Assembly: GCA_036478935.1 (NCBI GenBank)
Contig: JAZGES010000137.1
Span: 1 to 38,266, forward strand
Direction of reading: 5' to 3'
From: Thiotrichaceae bacterium
GTDB lineage: Bacteria > Pseudomonadota > Gammaproteobacteria > Thiotrichales > Thiotrichaceae
DNA: 38,266 bases
Of the stretch, positions 33,579 through 38,266 are shown piece after piece (position 1 is the first letter of the stretch; the number at the start of each line of letters is the position of its first letter). The position numbers and the translations under genes are program-made. The notes below the pieces were generated by a model. That model saw only the letters and a list, made by a program, of their open reading frames with translations, was not told where the DNA came from and ran no database searches.

Positions 33579-33794
33579 ATGACAGTGACGGAATTTTTTA
33601 AGAAACAAAGCAGAGAATACAACAAAGAATACTATCGAGAAAGGCGTGAAAAACTCAATGAGAAAGCTAAGGAATACTACCAAAAAAACAAAGAAACTAG
33701 AAAAAAATATCTACTAAAAAATAAAGATAAAATAAAGGAATTAAGTAAAACTCGTTATCAAAAAAACAAACTTAAGAATGCTAAAGAACTTTGA
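33579..33794 (+). CDS. Hypothetical Lys-rich protein (71 aa)
   Basis: AAAGGA RBS; repetitive KEYY / KNK pattern. Confidence 0.65.
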   Translation: MTVTEFFKKQSREYNKEYYRERREKLNEKAKEYYQKNKETRKKYLLKNKDKIKELSKTRYQKNKLKNAKEL

Positions 33795-33807
33795 GCATTT
33801 GATCATT

Positions 33808-33825
33808 TTGTCCCCTTGGACAAAT
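33808..33825. repeat. Palindromic 18-mer TTGTCCCCTTGGACAAAT, copy 2 (in the convergent zone between the early arms)
   Basis: Identical to 9132..9149. Here the inverted repeat extends to about 12 bp per arm with one mismatch. Confidence 0.9.
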
Positions 33826-33969
33826 TGATGATTAACCTCTAAGTGCGCTGGGAATCTCATTCCAAGGCCTAAAAGTGTCATTTTTAGTCATTTTTGGCCG
33901 CTAAAAGAGATGCGCATCTAAAGTAAAGCGTAAAATGGCATAACCCCACTTTTTCATATACGCCCTTTT

Positions 33970-34131
33970 TTAGTCTTGAGGTGCGGTTTTTGCATTTAAA
34001 CGACTAATTCTCATCTGCAACAAATAACCTTCGTAGTCAAAATCGAAAACTGCTACATCAACCCACTTCGACCACCAGCTAAAACGACCTGCAAATTTAG
34101 CATCACCAACTTGTAAAACATCAACTTTCAT
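33970..34131 (-). CDS. Hypothetical small protein (53 aa; below the ORF-track cutoff)
   Basis: GGAGGG RBS 8 nt upstream of the ATG; translated by hand as MKVDVLQVGDAKFAGRFSWWSKW... Confidence 0.55.
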   Translation of the reverse strand: MKVDVLQVGDAKFAGRFSWWSKWVDVAVFDFDYEGYLLQMRISRLNAKTAPQD

Positions 34132-34263
34132 TACTTTTACCCTCCATAAGATTAACTCTGTTAAATATTCGATTTACATCCATCCAGACCTCTACCCGCT
34201 ACATTGCTATGTGTTTTGCCTTTGAGTGGGCTTAAGCGTGTGTTTTGATGTGTTTGCGGATAT

Positions 34264-34347
34264 TTATAATCCACAATCAACATGTAGAATCACATAAAGT
34301 AAAAAACATACGATAATTCCAAGGCATGGGATCATTTCAATCGTCAT
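34264..34347 (-). CDS. Micro-membrane peptide c (27 aa)
   Basis: AGGAG lies 8 nt upstream. MTIEMIPCLGIIVCFLLYVILHVDCGL has a single hydrophobic helix. Confidence 0.5.
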   Translation of the reverse strand: MTIEMIPCLGIIVCFLLYVILHVDCGL

Positions 34348-34359
34348 AATCACTTCTCC

Positions 34360-34458
34360 TTATTCGTTAAGCAGCCAATATATAAAAAGATAATGCACAC
34401 AAAAAAATATCACAGCACTTAACCCGCCCATCAAAAAAAATCCCAATAGTTCGCTCAT
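34360..34458 (-). CDS. Micro-membrane peptide b (32 aa)
   Basis: TAATG overlap with peptide a; MSELLGFFLMGGLSAVIFFCVHYLFIYWLLNE. Confidence 0.5.
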   Translation of the reverse strand: MSELLGFFLMGGLSAVIFFCVHYLFIYWLLNE

Positions 34459-34568
34459 TATCTTTCCTTCAGTTTTCTTCGGTTAGTCCATTTTGCAAAT
34501 AAAAAAATACATAAAATATAAAAAACCAAAAATCCAAGCATTGAAAATAAAAAATTAATATCGCTCAT
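34458..34568 (-). CDS. Micro-membrane peptide a (36 aa)
   Basis: GGGAG RBS inside the end of the upstream gene. MSDINFLFSMLGFLVFYILCIFLFAKWTNRRKLKER is a TM helix with a basic tail. Confidence 0.5.
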   Translation of the reverse strand: MSDINFLFSMLGFLVFYILCIFLFAKWTNRRKLKER

Positions 34569-34569
34569 T

Positions 34570-34842
34570 TTACTCCCTCATTTTTTTATGCTCTTGGCGG
34601 TGCTTATTGCAGTCAACCAAAAAACTTTGTTCCTCAAATTTACTAACGGTGCCGTCTAGGTACATTTTTAAATATTTTTTCTTATCATCTGAACTAACTG
34701 TTCTATAGTTTTTTTGATAATTTTTTATAAATATAATTTCTGTTTTAAATTTACTATTAAAATCAGCAAACATATGCGCCACTTTTGCTAACCGTTTTTT
34801 AGCTCTTCTGTGTTCTAAAAAATATAATATTGATTCAAGCAT
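34570..34842 (-). CDS. Hypothetical protein (90 aa from the ATG at 34842)
   Basis: The ATG is preceded by GAAGGAAG. The TTG start at 34890 in the track would give a 56-nt overlap. Confidence 0.65.
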   Translation of the reverse strand: MLESILYFLEHRRAKKRLAKVAHMFADFNSKFKTEIIFIKNYQKNYRTVSSDDKKKYLKMYLDGTVSKFEEQSFLVDCNKHRQEHKKMRE

Positions 34843-35128
34843 TACTTTTGTACTTCCTTCTACGTGTAATTTTATAGATAAATTCGTCAAAATTTAATTC
34901 ATTTCTATTGAAAATCCAAAATTGCCACGATCTTCCGCATAATTTTATTTTTAACAAATGGAAAAAATCTATAAAACCAATACCATGAAAATTAGTATTA
35001 TCGCCCGTTGGCGGAGTAATAAGAAATTCTACCTCTTCAACTGACATAATCTCACCTTTCTTGATGGTTATTCCTGATTTTTCCATTAGTCCTGAAATTT
35101 GATTATCAGTTAATGTCCTTATACGCAT
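34835..35128 (-). CDS. Hypothetical protein (97 aa)
   Basis: Short overlaps with both neighbouring genes in the leftward operon. Confidence 0.65.
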   Translation of the reverse strand: MRIRTLTDNQISGLMEKSGITIKKGEIMSVEEVEFLITPPTGDNTNFHGIGFIDFFHLLKIKLCGRSWQFWIFNRNELNFDEFIYKITRRRKYKSNA

Positions 35129-35361
35129 CTCTTGTACCTTCTGTTGATTATCTGCATATACTTTTGGTTTTCCAAATCTGGTAATCGATGCCCGTTTTCA
35201 ACTCCATGCTGAAAAGCACTTATGTAAAAATCATCACAAACACCTTGGTTAGGGTCTCCTGTGTAAAGTTGCTCTAAAACTTGTCGAACGTCTGCAGCTG
35301 AAAAAAGCGGGTTACGATTAGGCAAAGTCTCTAGCTCTTCGATAATGTCATCAACGTCCAT
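35119..35361 (-). CDS. Hypothetical protein (80 aa)
   Basis: Overlaps the helicase stop by 11 nt, consistent with operon context. Confidence 0.65.
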   Translation of the reverse strand: MDVDDIIEELETLPNRNPLFSAADVRQVLEQLYTGDPNQGVCDDFYISAFQHGVENGHRLPDLENQKYMQIINRRYKRCV

Positions 35362-36295
35362 TATCGCTAACCTCCAGCGGTGCTATGCGTTCATTTTCGC
35401 TACTCTTAAATATTCCAGATTCTGGCTCATACCAAAGCCCGTAGTTATCTTCCATGCCGTAGTCCCTGTTTTTCTGAACTGATAACGATGTACATGCCTG
35501 ATTGGTTATTTTTTGCTCGTCATAATCTAAACCATCACGCTGTCTGCTCAGCTCTTTTTCTTTGATTTTGTTTCTTGCAATAATAAAAACATTGTCCGCA
35601 AGGTCAGATATTTCAGCCGCTCCACGTATATCGTTTTTGTTTTCAATATGTCCAGGAACGTTAGATTTTCGCATATGGCAAACTAGGTGAATGTGAATAT
35701 CAAGAGTCTTAGCTAACCATTGCAAGCGGTCAATAAAGGCGGCTTGTGCTGTGTAGTCTTCTCGACCAACGCCACACTTGGTTAGTGAGTCAATAACGAT
35801 ATGGTCAGCTTTTAAAACATTGGCTGAATAGTGAACAACGTCACATATTTTATCCGTAGCAACTTTGTTTAGTTGGTCATAAATCCATAGTTGATCCTTA
35901 AATTTCTGTAACCAAGCTATAGAATAATCACGACTGGCTTTACAGGTAGCAGACTGGCATATCATCCGGTATAGGGTTTGCTTGGGCTGCATTTCCAGTG
36001 AAGCAATAACCACCTTTTGATTCTCTTTAACCATAGCGCTAGTCATTACCTGTCCAACCAAAAGGCTTTTACCTGAACCATTAGAACCAGCCCATACAGA
36101 CAGTTTCCCAGCACCTAAACGTGTGCAGTTTTTAGTCTTGTCCCAAGGCAATTCAGTTCCCATCAATTGATTGCCGTGATCGGCAAACGCGCTAACCTCT
36201 TCACAGAAGTCAATAGAGGGGCGTATTGATTGACCTTCAATGTATGAAACACCTAGTGCGTATTTTTCTAATTCAAATTCATCAATTATGTTCAT
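35351..36295 (-). CDS. DnaB-like / RecA-fold replicative helicase (AAA_25 / Twinkle-like ATPase)
   Basis: Walker A GSNGSGKS, Walker B HIVIDSL and HLVCHMRK. ATGA coupling to the initiator gene. Confidence 0.75.
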   Translation of the reverse strand: MNIIDEFELEKYALGVSYIEGQSIRPSIDFCEEVSAFADHGNQLMGTELPWDKTKNCTRLGAGKLSVWAGSNGSGKSLLVGQVMTSAMVKENQKVVIASLEMQPKQTLYRMICQSATCKASRDYSIAWLQKFKDQLWIYDQLNKVATDKICDVVHYSANVLKADHIVIDSLTKCGVGREDYTAQAAFIDRLQWLAKTLDIHIHLVCHMRKSNVPGHIENKNDIRGAAEISDLADNVFIIARNKIKEKELSRQRDGLDYDEQKITNQACTSLSVQKNRDYGMEDNYGLWYEPESGIFKSSENERIAPLEVSDNGR

Positions 36296-36954
36296 TTAAG
36301 ATTTTCTCCAAATGTTTCGTTTTTATTGTTAATAGGTTGATCAGGGAACTGTTTACTTCGACTTATCCAGCTTCGTATTGCAGACTCCCAACACTTCATT
36401 GGGTTTTTGCTAACCTTCCAACCGTTAGAACTGTAATAATCAAAGAACTTCTCAGCTTCTTCTTGATTTAAACCTTTGCTACAAAAATAACTTATGACTT
36501 CATCAATGGGTGGGGGGATTTCTTTTTTGTTTATTTTTTTAATATGTTTATTGGTTATTGGTTCTTGGTTAGTTAAGGGTTGGGTTAGGGTTGGGTTAGC
36601 TAAAATAACCGGCTGGGTTTTTCTGGGTTTTTCTGGGTTTCTTGGTCTACCACCTTTCTGACCGTTAACCCTTGCTGCGCTTGCCTTTGCTTGATATAAG
36701 TTTATTTCTCTTTCACATCGAGAATTCTCATATCCATCGTCCGTTAAATCAAAGAAATCATCCAAAACTTGATTAACTTCATCTAAATAATTAGACATTC
36801 CAATTAAACGGGCAAGCTTTTTTGTATCAATAATTAGTGGTTTTTCTGTTAGATAGTAACGATCAAGTAATAGGCGGTAAGCCATATTCTCAATTAAAGA
36901 TAAGTATTGGGTGTGCTTAGCGTAGTCGCCAAGATTAAAGGTGTAATAATGCAA
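36292..36954 (-). CDS. DUF1376 (YdaU)-family replication initiation protein
   Basis: HYYTFNLGDYAKHTQYLSLIENMAYRLLLDRYY matches the DUF1376 N-terminus. TTG at 36954 lies 7 nt after AAGGAG (the ORF also opens at TTG 36960). The C-terminus is DnaD/DnaT-like: SNGWKVSKNPMKCWESAIRSW. Confidence 0.75.
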   Translation of the reverse strand: MHYYTFNLGDYAKHTQYLSLIENMAYRLLLDRYYLTEKPLIIDTKKLARLIGMSNYLDEVNQVLDDFFDLTDDGYENSRCEREINLYQAKASAARVNGQKGGRPRNPEKPRKTQPVILANPTLTQPLTNQEPITNKHIKKINKKEIPPPIDEVISYFCSKGLNQEEAEKFFDYYSSNGWKVSKNPMKCWESAIRSWISRSKQFPDQPINNKNETFGENLK

Positions 36955-36969
36955 AAACAATCTCCTTTA

Positions 36970-37046
36970 GGGTAGACCGGATTCGGCGACAATTCCGAAA
37001 CAGGGCTAACCTTGCGGTTATAGATACGGTACGAACCGGCCTACTC
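36970..37046 (-). other. GC-rich structured element (three-way junction) in the leader of the replication operon
   Basis: An 11-bp closing helix pairs 36970..36980 with 37036..37046. Inner hairpins are TTCGG/CCGAA and TAACC-ttgc-GGTTA. Confidence 0.45.
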
Positions 37047-37103
37047 TAAAAGAGATTGTGGTATTCATACCTGCTTTATACGCTTGTCACGGCGTGTGTG
37101 GTG

Positions 37104-37114
37104 ATTATACCACG
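37104..37114 (-). promoter_or_regulatory. Extended -10 promoter element CGTGGTATAAT (minus strand) for the replication operon
   Basis: The same 11-mer occurs at 32730..32740. Confidence 0.5.
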
Positions 37115-37173
37115 ATTAAACAATCAACAGAATACCTTGTGCTAAGCAAGAGCTAGCCTTTGCATAGCAGGGG

Positions 37174-37617
37174 CTAGGTTATAGAGCTATCCAGCATATC
37201 GGCCAGTTTTCTTAGCTCAGCAGATACGATATTTCTAATCCTTTTTTCTGGCTCCAAAGTCAGGTGCTCCTTAACAATCTTTGCAAGATTTACCCTGTAA
37301 ACTGGCCTGTTAGAAACAACAGCCGTGGTTTCATCAAAAGTAAAATACAAATCAAGTGGATGCTCTGGTTTTGGCCACATATTTAAATCACCTTCAGCAT
37401 CAGAATCACCATACAAAATAGGCAAATCAATGCTTGCATCGCTCATTAAGTTATCTATGTGCTTTGCAAGCAGCTCAGCGTCTTCCTGCAGCGCATCTTT
37501 AACTGAATCAGAATCTGGTTCTTTGTCATCCTTTAAAAAGTCGTACATATCAGAGCAATCTGGCTTTTCAGAGATTAGCTCCATACCACAGCACTTGTAG
37601 TCTGGTTTATACTTCAT
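37174..37617 (-). CDS. Highly acidic early protein (147 aa)
   Basis: 20 of 65 residues between E17 and W81 are Asp or Glu (counted). Second gene of the leftward early transcript. Confidence 0.75.
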   Translation of the reverse strand: MKYKPDYKCCGMELISEKPDCSDMYDFLKDDKEPDSDSVKDALQEDAELLAKHIDNLMSDASIDLPILYGDSDAEGDLNMWPKPEHPLDLYFTFDETTAVVSNRPVYRVNLAKIVKEHLTLEPEKRIRNIVSAELRKLADMLDSSIT

Positions 37618-37762
37618 TTCCCTTAAACTCCTGCTCCAATATCCGAACGATCATGTTGTTAACTGACCTGTTCTCTGCTTTTGCCCTAGCCTTTATTTTA
37701 TTTTTTAGTGCCATGTTTATTTTTATTGATGTGGGCATCGCCTGTTTTATTTCTTCCCTCAT
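37607..37762 (-). CDS. Ribbon-helix-helix (Arc/CopG-like) regulator (51 aa; below the ORF-track cutoff)
   Basis: Hand translation MREEIKQAMPTSIKINMALKNKIKARAKAENRSVNNMIVRILEQEFKGNEV follows the beta-alpha-alpha RHH pattern. It overlaps the next ATG by 11 nt. Confidence 0.6.
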   Translation of the reverse strand: MREEIKQAMPTSIKINMALKNKIKARAKAENRSVNNMIVRILEQEFKGNEV

Positions 37763-37831
37763 AAATACCTCTTGCATTTAAAGTAGTCATATCATATCAT
37801 AATATAGTTGATTGATACAAAGGAATATCAA

Positions 37832-38131
37832 ATGAGCAGCCAAACAACTTTACGAGAACTGTGGTATTTCATTCAAATACCCAAGTCAAAGTTTTTAGAT
37901 TTATCAGTGGATGAATTACAAAAACATATGAAAGAGTACGAAGTATTATCGAATACTGAAGAGGCTGCCAACTACCTTGGATACAGTTTTGTTGCTTTGA
38001 TGAGATCAAGGCAAACAGGTAAATTAGGAAGAATAAAAGCACCGGCTCATTATAAGTATGGAAGATTCGTTAAGTATAAAAAAGCCGAATTAGAACAGTG
38101 GCTATTAATATATGCACGCATTAATAAATAA
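37832..38131 (+). CDS. HTH protein (AlpA/excisionase/MerR-like DNA-binding domain)
   Basis: ATG at 37832 after AAAGGA. TEEAANYLGYSFVALMRSR......P.HYKYGRFVKYKKAELEQW resembles an HTH_17-type domain. Confidence 0.65.
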   Translation: MSSQTTLRELWYFIQIPKSKFLDLSVDELQKHMKEYEVLSNTEEAANYLGYSFVALMRSRQTGKLGRIKAPAHYKYGRFVKYKKAELEQWLLIYARINK

Positions 38132-38140
38132 GGAGCAATC

Positions 38141-38266
38141 ATGAACACATGGGATCAAGAAACTAAGGAGCACTGGATTAAAACAATGCAGGAGCATCAG
38201 GACGCTGATAGGTTAGTACAAGGCCGGTGGTTTAAAAATGGTAGAGGATGTTTTTTTGGCTGTGCT
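38141..38266 (+). CDS. 5' end of paralog A (continues at window position 123)
   Basis: AGGAG RBS followed by ATG; the sequence from 38145 onward duplicates 1..122. Confidence 0.85.
   Translation, partial: MNTWDQETKEHWIKTMQEHQDADRLVQGRWFKNGRGCFFGCA
38145..38266. repeat. Terminal duplication, copy 2 (identical to 1..122)
   Basis: Same comparison as for copy 1. Confidence 0.95.

Noticed and set aside
36970-37046. A tRNA or tRNA-like gene (77 nt, closing helix, GG-containing loop)
   Set aside because: A cloverleaf cannot be built on either strand. There is no 7-nt anticodon loop (the candidate arm has a 4-nt loop), no T-loop consensus (GGTACGAACC rather than GGTTCGAATCC), and the closing helix is 11 bp.
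1-38266. A CRISPR array, tRNA genes, integrase/attP, a toxin-antitoxin pair or a transposase
   Set aside because: I saw no spaced direct-repeat array, no cloverleaf-compatible segment, and no tyrosine or serine recombinase or transposase motifs in any listed or hand-translated ORF. Absence judged by eye is not proof.

Overview
The window is a complete phage genome. Bases 1..122 are identical to 38145..38266, so the unit is 38144 bp, either circularly closed or terminally redundant. The DNA is AT-rich and densely coded.

Layout:
- A rightward early, recombination and lysis arm runs from 37832 across the junction to about 9561. It encodes an HTH protein, a repeat protein, DUF551, Rha, a Rad52-type SSAP, CsrA, SSB, NinG and an M15 endolysin.
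- A leftward accessory cluster (9497..11282) has a lambda S-like holin embedded on the opposite strand.
- A short rightward arm spans 11434..13059.
- A long leftward morphogenesis arm spans 13125..32698. Its order is T7-like: portal, scaffold, capsid, adaptor, nozzle, internal proteins, fibre. It is preceded by TerS and TerL.
- A small rightward early cassette (32817..33794) has duplicated promoter and terminator modules.
- A leftward replication arm (33970..37762) encodes an RHH regulator, an acidic protein, a DUF1376 initiator, a DnaB-like helicase and micro-peptides.

I found no integrase, phage RNA polymerase, DNA polymerase, tRNA or CRISPR array. Promoters look sigma70-like. The homologies (CsrA, lambda S, NinG, Rha) point to a gammaproteobacterial host, which is an inference.

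Most notable observations:
- a 16 x 9-bp in-frame tandem repeat in one member of a paralogous gene pair
- a phage-encoded CsrA
- a split lysis cassette with an antisense-embedded holin
- three translationally coupled micro-TM peptides
- duplicated promoter, operator and terminator modules around a small HTH gene, a candidate anti-defence cassette
- several promoter-to-terminator non-coding units
- a 488-bp non-coding gap between terS and terL

All functional calls rest on motifs recognised by eye and on gene order. No database search was run.
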